Positions 29,333 to 41,313 of a stretch of 64,000 bases of DNA are shown one piece after another; position 1 is the first letter of the stretch; every line of letters begins with the position of its first letter. The notes under the pieces were generated by a model. The model was not told the origin of the DNA. It searched no databases and saw only the letters and a program-made list of their open reading frames with translations. The stretch covers positions 414,904,001 through 414,968,000 of the forward strand of contig OZ024740.1 in assembly GCA_964016885.1 (NCBI GenBank), in the 5' to 3' direction. The translations under genes and the position numbers were made by a program. The stretch is from Eledone cirrhosa. Taxonomy: Eukaryota.

Positions 29333-30959
29333 TGTAGGCAATGACAATAAAGAAGGAAAGCTCTACATACTCACTTGATCTGCTAGAAACAGAAACGAAA
29401 TTTCCCTCAAACTAAAAGCTGCCATCTTTAAAAAATATATATTAAGGTGTGTGGTAGTTGATATAAAGATAGGATGAACGAGCATGACTGCAATGCCTTT
29501 GATTATGCATATGTTCAATTAGAGACTGACTTAGGCCTAAAGAACAATATCACAAACAACATCTTATCATCATCATCATCGTTTAACGTCCATTTTCCAC
29601 ACTAGCTAAGTTGATGAAATTGTTTAAAATGTTATCTTCAACTCAGAGTTGCTTTTGTCTTTGATTTTGGAAGGGAGTTTAAAAGAGGTTATGTTAAATC
29701 TAATAAAACCCTTGAGACTGTCATACATTTTGTTTGTTTGAAGATACTTTATATTTGTAGTATGTAAATAGGTTTCCTTTTTCATATTTAAGTACATTAA
29801 ACTTTTGTAAGTGTAAAATATCTTGATATCTTTTCTTGTTTATATAATTTAACCACTTTTCTAGCAAAGAGAAATATAGCTTAAATTGTAATTAATAGTT
29901 TGGCAGACTCAGTTCATAATGCAGAAATAGTGGAATAAATTGCCATTTTTTGAAGTCTTGTGAATTATATGCTTTAGAAAAAAATTCATAGAAATATATT
30001 ACAGACGATTTTGATAATCTGTATGTTGCCATAATTTTCTTTTTGCTAAGTTTAAAGAAACTTTTTTTTTTCTTTTTGCTACTCATATTGTGTATTCTAC
30101 CAATTATTGTAGACTCTCTACATACTTCAGCAAAATATTCTAACTAAGCACCAAATTGATTTTATATGTGAGACTACTAAGAAACTTCTATATGGTAGCC
30201 TGATTGCTAGAAATAGCAACCAAACCCACCATCTTACACAACGATAGAGTGTTGGTTTGTTGATTGGCTGATTGGTTGGCTGGCTGGTTGGTTGGTTGGT
30301 TGGTTGGCTGGTTAAATTTGAGATGTTGTGTTTTACTACATATACAGAGAGGGAGAGAGAGAGAAATTTAACTTAAGAGGTGAAGGATGAGTATACATAC
30401 TGACTGAAGTGGCAGGCAAAGAGTGAGAGAGATAGAGAGTCAAAGAACAAACGTTGGAGTGTATTCATGTACACACACAACACACAACACACACAACACA
30501 CACACACAACACACACACACAACACACACAACACACATAACACACACTCAACACACACACACAACACACACAAGCCTATATGTCAGTTTATAGCTGTTGT
30601 ACAAAGTTGTTCTCACACTTCATCCTTTTTGACAAATAGTATAATATAAAAATATTACTTTTCTCTATTTTTTCTTTCAATACTGTATTTGTAGTGTATA
30701 TTAAATTGATAATCCTTTCAATCTACAGGGAAATAGATAAATTTGACATGTTTACATGTTTTCTGTCTAGGAAGGCAATTACTTTGATTAAATAAGACTG
30801 CAGAAAGTAAGCTAGTGATGCAACACTAACTTCAGCATATATTTGCAACACTAACTTCAGCAAACCAGCCAGGCACTTGATCACCTTCTAATTAGGGGAA
30901 CATCTTAGCCAGATTGACATGGTTATGAATGCTAAGGCCTTTCCCAGTGAAGAATATGG

Positions 30960-31785
30960 CCCCCAACATTAGTTATCAGTGACATCAGAATAAGAACTAG
31001 GTGACATAGAACACAGGATACTCTGGAGAGGCAGGGTATGGAAGCTAAAAGACTTATCAGTTAAATATAGGTTCAGAAAAGTTCTATGTGTTGTGTATGA
31101 CAAGAGGGAGGAGAAGATAGACATATGACATATTTGATAATTGGTTGTTTCTATGAGACAACTGACTACAGCCCATTAATGAGACATTTGGATGGTGCGA
31201 GGTACCAACTAGATGAAAAGTGACCTGGGGGTAGAACAGTGTGGATAGAGCCATTAAAGCTAAGAGACAAGCATGGAATGGCTGGGAGATGGAGGCAGCA
31301 AGGATCAGTATCAAATAGCTAAAAGAGAAGTTAGATGAGGGGTTTACATAGCATGTAAAGAAGTTGAAAGCATAAGGTTTGCCAACATTGTGTGATGTAA
31401 GGACCAGAGCCTGAGGTGTTCTGCATAACAAAGCAGTCTGCCAGTATGAAGTTGTTGGGGAAAACAGCATTCAGAATGACTCCATTGCACATATCCTCAC
31501 TGTTGCTCAGAAGGAAGGGACTTGGAAATGATATTATGAGTGGTTGGTGAATCTGAAGGAGTGGAAAGAAAAGGGATTACTCCCAGTTGACTTAATTGAG
31601 GGGCTGGCTATCAATGGTGACAGTTACAGAATTAAAATGGCAATCAAGGAAATGAAAAATGGAAAAATAGCTGGATCATCAGAAATAGTTGCTAATATGT
31701 TAAAATCATCTGAAGTAGGAGTCGAGATAATCACCCAGATGGTCAATCAGGTAATACATGATGGTGCCATAGCCAATGACTGATA
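30960..31785 (+). mobile_element. Degenerate RTE LINE fragment
   Basis: AIKEMKNGKIAGSSEIVANMLKSS; homologous to 9690-10450. Confidence 0.8.
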
Positions 31786-31852
31786 TATCCACATATGCAC
31801 CACCTAAACACCATTTCCTTTACTTCTTGGTCCACAGCAAATCAACAGCCCC

Positions 31853-32052
31853 ATAACCCTTTAGCATTTACATTACTCTCTGTACATACCATTATATTTT
31901 CATGGTAAAGGCTTTATCTCACATAATATTGAATCTGAAATTTTGATATTATTTATTTTGAGAACAATACTTTAACATCAGTATCAGCGGCTGGTTACAG
32001 CTGGTTTGAACGGAAAGATGTGAAAGAATTCTGGCCAGATATGGCCGGTTAA
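31853..32052 (-). mobile_element. piggyBac-type MITE, family A (reversed, one end truncated)
   Basis: Reverse-complement match to the family A body. Confidence 0.8.
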
Positions 32053-32098
32053 GATATCTTTGTGAAGAGAAAAGAGGTGATAGTATGAAGGAGTAATA

Positions 32099-32260
32099 TC
32101 AGAACTGTGGACAATACATCAAATTTCTTTCACAAACTTTATTAAAGCCGAATCTGTTGTGTGTGATTTCAAAGTCAGAACCATGACTAATTTTCATATT
32201 ATTTGACACTTCATCATTATTTACCCATCTGTTCAACAGAATGATGCACGATGCAGTCAA
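32099..32260 (-). mobile_element. mariner transposase relic (HTH region)
   Basis: NRWVNNDEVSNNMKISHGSDFEITHNRFGFNKVCER resembles the mariner IS.GS..I.H..LG..KVCARWVP pattern. Confidence 0.65.
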
Positions 32261-32701
32261 AATATCTGACATCTTCATGTCTGACACTTGTGCAAATATT
32301 TTTCAAGTTTTCATTCAAGTTGTTGTCAGTCTGTAGCAGCAAAACGCTAATCCCATATGTTACGAAAGTTTTTGGAAGATCCCAGCACACAGAAAATGTA
32401 TCACTGAATGTTGCTTTTCTTTAAAGAAAATAGAAAGTAGTGCAGGCATGGTCCACATAACAGCAACAGCTTAATTGGTGTTTCAAGTTCAAACATGCAA
32501 GGTATTGAGCTAGAGAGAAACCAAGTAACTAATTCTGCCACCAACAAGGAAAAAATTATAAATGTATTTTATATAATTAATGACACAATTTCATTTTGTT
32601 TTTGTTTTTTCTTTAAATTTATGTCTCATGTATGTTTAAAGATTTTAAAATTTCACTGTAGATGTCAGTATATGACAATGTTTTGATGGGAAATTTTGTA
32701 G

Positions 32702-32906
32702 GAGACAACAATCCTGTTAAAGTATATGCCTACCAAATGGTACGTACTGACTCAAAAGAACAAAAATTGGATGCCTTTCTAAACAAGCCATCTTCATCTG
32801 TTACATCTGTTGTGAAGACTTACCCTGTTCCTGAAGATGTTGAGATGACAACTGATATTGGGCAAAAAAACAAGAAGGAAAATGATGAGATGCAGCCTTC
32901 AAAAAA
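32702..32906 (+). CDS. MLH1: MLH1 linker exon with conserved VRTD motif
   Basis: DNNPVKVYAYQMVRTDSKEQKLDAFLNKP..QPSK; tgtag acceptor and GTTAGT donor. Confidence 0.92.
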
Positions 32907-33195
32907 GTTAGTCCACTAATCTACCATATTTTTTCTTCATTTCCATGTTGGGAAGAGTTTCGGATTCTTCGATAACTTTTTTTTTTTTTTTTTTAAATTC
33001 CTTTGGATGCCTTCATTTAAAACATAGATGAAGATTCTGCAAAAACATTTATACTAAATCCTTCTAAATGTTTATAATTATATGGAATTCATAGGCTGTG
33101 TATTAGATATATTTTTATGAAAGGGTTAAGAAACGGTTGACATCTCACATTTTACTCTCTTCACCATCTTTTGTATTTCATTAAACCATGAAAAG

Positions 33196-33332
33196 AATAA
33201 AACTAGAATGTGATGTGCAGTCACCCAGCAACCCCATTAGAAAGGTTTCTGTGACTAGCCCACAACGGCGTTCTATCAAACTCACCAGTGTCTTGGAATT
33301 AAAGAAAGAATTTCAGGAAAATTATCATCAAG
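33196..33332 (+). CDS. MLH1: MLH1 exon (end of linker, start of C-terminal domain); 5' boundary is 33196 or 33241
   Basis: ..VSVTSPQRRSIKLTSVLELKKEFQENYHQ(G) matches human RRRIINLTSVLSLQEEI; GTAAC donor. Confidence 0.85.
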
Positions 33333-34025
33333 GTAACTCTAATTTTGACATCTTGTGAGAATTCTAAAGCTGTAGTTGTTTACTGTCCCCAATACCACCT
33401 CCACCACCTTAGTGGGAGATAGAAATAACAGTCAAATTGCCCTGAAATCACACTCTATGGTCTTAAATAAAGGAAGAATACATTGAATAATTTAGTCCTT
33501 GTAAAAACATACAATATGGTTACAGATCTTTTTTCTATTATTGGTATGCACTCAGTCCACTCCATAAAATGGTAGTGCTGGGGCCATGACAAAAAGCGCC
33601 CAGTCCACTCAGTAAAGTAAGAATGTTGGTGCCACAACAGAAAGCACTCAATCTACCTTGTAAGATGGTAGTGCTGGTGCTACAAAAAATTCTCCCAGTA
33701 CATGCTGTAAAGTGATTGGCATTAAAAAGGCCAGCCAGCCATAGAAACCAAGCCAAAAATGGAACATATGTGTGTGTAAATCCATGTGTAAGGTGTGAAT
33801 GTAACTGTATATCCATTATGTTGCGTGTTTATTTGTGTATACTTATATGTGACATCTATATGTGTCTGTGTATATATATCGATATACTGGAAGCATGCTT
33901 GAGGACTCTTCCCCTACAACCCTCCCAGGAATAAGTGGGCAAAGACGATATATATGTATGGGGATTGTATACACACCTGTAAAGTACATGTGCTCATGAA
34001 TATCTATCCAGGTGTCAGTTGTGTC

Positions 34026-34166
34026 CATCATCATCATTTAACGCTTGCATGGGTTAGACGGTTTTGTTCCATTTGTGGGAATGGTCGGGAGACCATGTCT
34101 CTCTCACACAGAAGCGTCTCTGGCAGGTTTTTTACAGCTGGATGCCCTTCCTAACACCAACCACAT
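34026..34166 (-). mobile_element. RTE/SINE-type 3' terminus carrying the expanded array
   Basis: (CAT)n tail, GCATGGGTTAGACGG and CTGGATGCCCTTCCTAACACCAACC motifs. Confidence 0.85.
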
Positions 34167-35210
34167 TTACAGTGTGAACTGGGAGCCTTTTCACCGTGTC
34201 TCTTACATGACCACCTTACAGTGTGAACTGGGAGCCTTTTTACCATGTCTCCTACATGACCACCTTACAGTGTGGACTGGGAGTCTTTTTATCGTGTCTC
34301 CTACACGACCACCTTACAGTGTGAACTGGAAGCCTTTTTACCGTGTCTCCTACACGACCACCTTACAGTATGAACTGGGTGCCTTTTCACCATGTCTCCT
34401 ACACGACCACCTTACAGTGTGAACTGGGAGCCTTTTTACCATGTCTCCTACATGACCACCTTACAGTGTGGACTGGGAGTCTTTTTATCGTGTCTCCTAC
34501 ACGACCACCTTACAGTGTGAACTGGGTGCCTTTTCACCGTGTCTCCTACACGACCACCTTACAGTGTGGACTGGGAACCTTTTCACCGTGTCTCCTACAT
34601 GACCACCTTACAGTGTGGACTAGGAGCCTTTTCACCGTGTCTCCTACACGACCACCTTACAGTGTGGACTGGGAGCCTTTTTACCGTGTCTCCTACACGG
34701 CCACCTTACAGTGTGGACTGGGAGCCGTTTTACCGTGTCTCCTACACGACCACCTTACAGTGTGGACTAGGAGCCTTTTCACCGTGTCTCCTACACGACC
34801 ACCTTACAGTGTGGACTGGTAGCCTTTTCACCATGTCTCCTACACGACCACCTTACAGTGTGGACTGGGAGCCTTTTTACCGTGTCTCCTACACGACCAC
34901 CTTACAGTGTGGACTAGGAGCCTTTTCACCGTGTCTCCTACACGACCACCTTACAGTGTGGACTGGTAGCCTTTTCACCATGTCTCCTACACGACCACCT
35001 TACAGTGTGGACTGGGAGCCTTTTTACCGTGTCTGCTACACGGCCACCTTACAGTGTGGACTGGGAGCCTTTTTACCATGTCTCCTACATGACCACCTTA
35101 CAGTGTGGACTGGGAGCCTTTTTACCGTGTCTCCTACATGACCACCTTACAGTGTGAACTGGGAGCCTTTTTACCGTGTCTCCTACATGACCACCTTACA
35201 GTGTGGACTG
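34167..35210. repeat. Tandem array of 21 x 49 bp plus a partial unit (TTACAGTGTGGACTGGGAGCCTTTTTACCGTGTCTCCTACACGACCACC)
   Basis: Exact 49-bp periodicity from 34167 to 35196 with no net indel. Confidence 0.97.
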
Positions 35211-35309
35211 TTGTGTCATCGACACAGTGGATGGAAGGGGAGACGGAGGATGGGGTAGGGTGTAGCGGTGATGTTTCCATACATTTGAATTTATATCCAA
35301 GTATGAGAT

Positions 35310-35672
35310 GTCAGTGTGTGTCAAAGTATATCATTATGTGAGATGTCTGTCTGTGTGTATGAGTGTGAATGTATATCCACATATCAGATGTGTATATGTG
35401 TGTGTCAATATGTGAGATGATTATGTGTATACATGTGAATGTATATCCATGTATTTGTGTGTGTGTGTGAATATATATCCATGTGTGAGATGCATTTGTG
35501 TGTGTGCGTGTGAATATATATCCATGTGTCAGATGCATTTGTGTGTGTGTGAATATATATCCAAGTGTGAGATGTGTGTGTGTGTGTGTCGGTATATATC
35601 CATGTGTGAGATGTGTGTGTGTGTGTCAGTATATATCCATGTGTGAGATGTATTTGTGTGTGTGTCAATATA
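35310..35672. repeat. ~36-bp TG-rich minisatellite (ATATATCCATGTGTGAGATGT..), resuming at 36850-37000 and 37590-37660
   Basis: Same unit seen in three segments separated by two LINE insertions. Confidence 0.85.
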
Positions 35673-35679
35673 TATTCAA

Positions 35680-36850
35680 GCTTTATACAGAGGAACTGTC
35701 AGTAAAGTGAGGGTAGGAATGGAGTTTAGTGAGGAATTCCAGATACAAGAGTACATCAGGGTTCGGTCCTCGGCCTGCTCTTGCTCATTATAGTCCTCCA
35801 AGCCATAACAGAGGAGTTTAAGACTGGCTGTCCATGGGAACTTCTCTATGCTGACGATCTGGTTCTTATAGCAGAATCAATAGAGGAGAAATTATGAATC
35901 ATAGAAAAGAAATTCTGGCTATTGAAACAACAGTTGGAAGCAAGAGGACTGAGAGTGAACCTAGCTAAGATGAAAGTGTTGATGAGTAGAAAAGAGGACA
36001 AAACTCTGATTCCGTCAGGGAAATGGCCATGTTCAATATGTAGGAAAGGAACTGGCATAAATTCTATAAAATGCACACAATACAGATCCTGGGTACACAA
36101 GAGATGTAGCGGGATAGCAGGCAAACTAACAGGTAGGGAGAAATATGTATGCAGTAGATGTACAGGGAAATTAGACAGTAGAAGTCGCATTGATAGACAC
36201 ATTTTTCAAATGCAGGCGGGCGCTATAGAAGTGGTTGATAGCTTCCGGTACCCAGGTGATCAGATAAGCATGGGAGCGGGGTGTTCCGAGGCCATAGTAT
36301 CTAGAATAAGGACGGGTTGGAAGAAGTTTAGGGAGCTGCTCCCTCTGCTGACGAAGAAGGGTTTCTCCCTGCATATGAAAGGCCGGTTATATGATGCTTG
36401 TATGAGGAGCGCGATGCTGCATGGTAGTGAGACATGGGCAGCAACTGCAGAGGATATGCGACGGCTGGAGAGAAATGAGGCAAGCATGCTCCGTTGGATG
36501 TGCAATGTCAATGTGTGAACGACCGAGCATGGATGTGTTGAGAGAGAAACTGTGTCTGAGAGGGATAAATTGTAGTGTGCGAGAGAGGTGACTGAGGTGG
36601 TATGGACATGTGATGCGCATGGAGGATGACCGATGGGTGAAGAAGTGCCAAGAAATGCCAGTTGAAGGAAGACGTAGTAGAAGAAGATCACGAAAAACAT
36701 GGGCGGAGGTGATGAGAGCAGACCTCAGATCAGCTCACGGTGGAGATGACAAAGGACCGTGACAAGTGGAGAGATGCTGTGCTGAATACGACCCGTCCCA
36801 CTCTTGCAAGCAGGGAAAAGCGGACGTAAAATGATGATGATGATGATGAT
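35680..36850 (+). mobile_element. 5'-truncated RTE LINE (RT core to 3' tail), short-tail subfamily
   Basis: HQGSVL..CPWELLYADDLVL, Cys-rich insert, LHGSETW, WYGHV and (GAT)n tail; several disablements. Confidence 0.95.
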
Positions 36851-37010
36851 GTGTGAGATGTATCTGTGTGTGTGTGTGTCAGTATATATCCATGTGTGAG
36901 ATGTATTTGTGTGTGTGAGTTAGTATATCATGTGTGAGATGTATCTGTGTGTGTCAATATATATCCATGTGTGAGATGCATTTGTGTGAGTGTGTGTGTG
37001 TGTCATGATA

Positions 37011-37592
37011 ATCATCATCATCATCATCGTTTAACGTCTATCTTCCACGCTAGCATGGGTTAGACGGGAGTTGTACCAATTTGAGGCAAGGTTGGTCGAA
37101 TGACCGTGTCTCTCTCATATAGGACTATGAGCAGGTTTTCTACAGCTGGATGCCCTTCCTAACACCAACCATGTTTACAGTGTGGACTGGGAACTTTTTA
37201 CCGTGTTACCTACACGGCCACATTACACCGTGGACTGTGTGTTTTTTGTGTCATGACACCTACATGACCTCATTAGTTTGGACTGGATGTTGTGGTACCA
37301 ACATAACTTTACAGAGAAAGGGTGGTGTTGGTGGGAATGGGACGATAGAGTATATTTGATTAAGAGGTGCTTACTGACTGTAGGTTTCACTTTGTACATA
37401 AGCAAGGCGGGTCTTCTGTATTACTGCGTAGCGCCAAAGATCTCGGTCCAGTGACATTGTCTTAGAGAGGTGCAAGTGTGCAAGGTCGGAATTTATCAAA
37501 TCATCCCAGGTTTTTCTGGGTCTACCTACTCTGTAACTTCTATCAATTTTGATCGCCCTGCACTTTTTTATACAGCTGTCGTCTTTCATGTG
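37011..37592 (-). mobile_element. RTE LINE 3' end, long-UTR subfamily
   Basis: MKDDSCIKKCRAIKID..GRPRKTWDDLINSDL..RDLWRYAVIQKTR plus UTR and tail. Confidence 0.92.
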
Positions 37593-38171
37593 CGTCAATA
37601 TATATCCATGTGTGAGATGTATTTGTGTGTGTGTGTGAATATATATCCATGTCTGAAATATATGTATGTGTATGTGTACATAAGAAATATTATACCAAAA
37701 TGTGTATATGAGTGTAGCCCATACAACTCTCTGACTAATGATGGTCTGTATTGGCAATTAGTGGAATATATTCGTGTACTGTGAGCTGCTGAAACATTGT
37801 CTCCTCTTTTGAACTGTTTATATTTCTCATTCTCTTAATGAACCTCACATTGGATCACATTAGCATCTCTTTCTCTTGTTTATATTAGATTATTATTATT
37901 TAGCCCCAGGTCAATCTAGATCCAGTACATCTGTCATCAAAAGCATACCTGTTATTCTCTCTCTCTCTCTCTTTCTCTCTCCCCTAAGGTACTATATGTA
38001 ACTATATCTGTTTCTCTGTCAAATGTTCATCATTTCACTAATATTCTAACTCTGACCATCTAATCCATTATTTTCTGAACTATTGTATATCTAAGACTAT
38101 TTTTTTCTCCAATGTTCCTTTTTCTTTTCTTTTTTTAAGACAACAAGGAAATTTAAGAGATATTTAGCTGC

Positions 38172-38278
<107 letters not shown>

Positions 38279-38521
38279 TGCATGCATTTTTGCAAATATA
38301 TATACTCTGTCATTGTGTGTGTTGCAATTGTTGTTGGTATCTGTCATATTTGCATATGTGATAATATGTAAATCCTGTGCACATGTCAGTGTTGCTTGTT
38401 TCACTATAGCAGACTTTCAAACCCTAGTCCTTTTATCACCAATACAGTCTCCTTAACTCTATACTTAATCTATCACATATTTGCTTTCTTTGCCTTTTGA
38501 TTTTTTCTTCATTCTAATGAA

Positions 38522-38589
<68 letters not shown>

Positions 38590-38597
38590 AAAACATA

Positions 38598-38765
38598 CTG
38601 CATTTTCCAGCGTCGAAGATGCTACTTTTTTCCTAAAATAAGTCTAAAAAATCTACCATGTGCCCTGGAGGCCGAAGGTTGTTTATTATTTTTTTTCAAA
38701 TTTTTGGTTGTCAAAAATAGGGTGCGTCCTCGAGGACAAAGCGTCTTCGGCGCCGGGAAATACAG
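38598..38765. mobile_element. pogo-type MITE (168 bp) with TA duplication
   Basis: Left end CTGCATTTTCCAGCGTCGAAGATGC versus reverse complement of right end CTGTATTTCCCGGCGCCGAAGACGC; TA on both sides. Confidence 0.82.
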
Positions 38766-38796
38766 TATATATATAATATATATATATTATATCCAG

Positions 38797-38905
38797 GTCT
38801 TCGTGAGGTATTCCAGAACCATAAGTTTGTTGGATGTATCAATGAAGAACTAAGTTTGATGCAGCACCAGACTAAATTGTACCTCATAAACACTGTCAAA
38901 CTAAG
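38797..38905 (+). CDS. MLH1: MLH1 exon equivalent to human exon 14
   Basis: [35 protein letters not shown](S); 109 nt; AG/GTAAG. Confidence 0.96.
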
Positions 38906-39139
38906 GTAAGCCAGTTTCTACTTTATTGCATCCAATAGTTTAAGGAGATATCCATGATTACCGGGAAAGCTAGGAAGATCCTAGTTGCTCTCTGTGTAAG
39001 GATAAATGACAAACAATGGAACATATCCTAAGTTCATGTAAAGTAGCTCTTATTAATAGCAGATACATGTAGAAGCACAGCAAAGTCCTAGAAGATTTGA
39101 CCTGGTCAATCTGACACCAGATGCAACCCCAAAATAACT

Positions 39140-40045
39140 GATTCACCCCCAACATTCATAACAAGGGAATGGGAAGAAATGGAATGGATACAAAAAAATA
39201 CCATGATATAAATTTGTACTCAGACAGAACCTGTTTGGGCTAGAAGGGGATTGGGTAATATCTGCCAATCTCCCAGACTGGTGTAAGAATTATTCCAAAT
39301 TTATTGGTAAGAAAGGACAAAGACCAGATATTGTCCTGTTAGATGCAGGCACCAGAATTATCCTGTTTGAGCTGACAATTGCCTATGTGAGCCAAGTAGA
39401 TAAACAATATGAGTGCAAGATGTAGAAGTATGAAGGCATTGCCAGAGAGATGCATAATAAGGCCAGTGGAAGCTGGTTATTACAGCTTTCATGTGCCAAC
39501 TACTAGGTCAGCTTGGAATCAAAGGTCAGAAAAGAACAGCAATAATCAAATGCCAGGAGCAAATATAGAATCATTAGAACATCTGACTGATAAAATGACA
39601 AGTCAGTCAATCATATTGGTGGCCTCCCCACAGCCCCAGCGGACAGAATGGAGAAGGTGTTTCCCTGGAGGACGGCAACGGAGACGCGCTGGAAAATGCC
39701 TGTCAGAGACAACTGAGAAAAACTCAGTATGGCTATGGTCAAAGAGGAATGACAACTAGAACTAAGATAAAATACATCGGGCTACTAACATTAATTGCTG
39801 TTTAAATACATGTAAAGTATTAATTCTGCTGATGGTCTTCATAGTCAAGTGGAGTAAACTACAGGAATGGGCAACAAAATCACTGGAAGGTCTCAGGTTC
39901 ATATACCACTGGAGAAGAAAAAACAGCAGGTGGATGCCTAATAGTCATGACCTGGATGGGCCCAACCCAATTAAAGTGTCAGGAGGAATCAAGGTTTGAA
40001 ACACACTTTCTTGATGGGAGTTCTTCCTCTGAAGATTCTCCTACT
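39140..40045 (+). mobile_element. HERO-like (restriction-like endonuclease) non-LTR retrotransposon 3' end
   Basis: GDWVISANL, QRPDIVLLD..ILFELTIAY..K.*KYE (PD..E..K..KY RLE motif) and C-terminal LSETTEKNSVWLWSKR; disabled. Confidence 0.75.
39973..40042 (+). ncRNA. Candidate non-circularly permuted hammerhead ribozyme
   Basis: GTC (39978-80), GAAA (39998-40001) and CTGAAGA (40029-35) with a 9-bp stem I and a 4+3-bp stem III; weak stem II. Confidence 0.5.
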
Positions 40046-40204
40046 GGCCACTCACCCTCTTGCAAGTTTCTGCCTACTACATTATTTGTATTTCAATACT
40101 ATGTCTATGATCTATGGTGCTGTCTCTATATCATACTCTATATCTTCAGTCTATTTTATCCCTCTATCATACTCTGTATTTATATTCTATCATATCTCTA
40201 CAGC

Positions 40205-40615
40205 ATTATTGTAACAAAGGGATTTTCTCTTCAAGTTAAGAGCAGATTGTATGATGCTTGTTTACACAGTATGATATTACATAGTTGCAAAATGTGGGTA
40301 TTGTATGCAGAAGAAACAAAGCAAGTATTCTCCAATGGAGAGCACAAATGAGGTGAGAAAAACTATGAGTGTAAGAGGAATCAGCTGTAATGTACAAGAG
40401 AGAATACTGTGTTAAATGGATGCATATGGAAGATGACACTTGTGTAAAAAGTGCCTAGTAATCAAAATGAACAAGACGTGTGAAAGAGGAAGACTAAGGA
40501 AAATATAGGAAGAAAAGGTGAAGGCTGATTTCAAAAGGCTGAACTTCATGAAGGAGATGACAAGTAACCACAAATAGTAAAATGCTGTGCTGGAGAAGAC
40601 TCATCCAACTTAAAA
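40205..40615 (+). mobile_element. Old RTE LINE 3' fragment
   Basis: VTKGFSLQVKSRLYDACLHSMILHS. Confidence 0.8.
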
Positions 40616-40963
40616 TAATGATCATGATGCATTGTGTCAGCCTCTCCACTCATATGTATCTCTTTTATATACTTTATATACTTTAAAATTATTTCAACTG
40701 AAATAACAACATTCAAAAGAAAGTTTGTTGACTGTCAATAAACTTAATTATGTGAGGGGTAGGGAAAAATGATATTTTAATCAACAAACTCTTCATCAGA
40801 CTGCAATAAAGTAGGTATGTTTTTATATATTTTGAAATGTTATATCTGTTTTAATAAAGGCCAGCTTTATAGTTGGAAATATTGGTCACTAAAAATGTTC
40901 TAGTTCTCACAAGAATCATGGAAGGACTGTCTGATAAGAAATGAATTACATTTTCTATTGTAG

Positions 40964-41027
40964 CCGAGAACTCTTCAATCAATTATTACTGACTGATTTT
41001 GGAAACTTTGGTGCCATCAGACTTTCT
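40964..41027 (+). CDS. MLH1: MLH1 exon equivalent to human exon 15
   Basis: RELFNQLLLTDFGNFGAIRLS; 64 nt; AG/GTGAGT. Confidence 0.95.
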
Positions 41028-41313
41028 GTGAGTAAACCTTTAATAATCTTTTTATGTGCCAGTCATTTATTTTTATCTTTTCCTGACATGGCTTGAATGG
41101 ATCTACAATTTTGGCATTGGAGTATTTTAGGAGTAGCTGTTATATTTTTAATGCTCTTCCGAATGTTTTTCACTCATTCAGCTAATATCAGCCATGTATC
41201 TGTTCATATTAATAGAGTAAGATAAGCTGTCACTAACCATCTAACTGGAGTAGCAGTGAAACTTGTTTTTTGTTCAGTCAGAGGAACTGAAGCAAACAAA
41301 GTTAGCTGTTTGC

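Noticed and set aside
34167-35210. CRISPR-like or repeat-protein interpretation of the 49-bp array
   Set aside because: There are no unique spacers and no cas genes, the context is eukaryotic, and the unit derives from the RTE 3' UTR.
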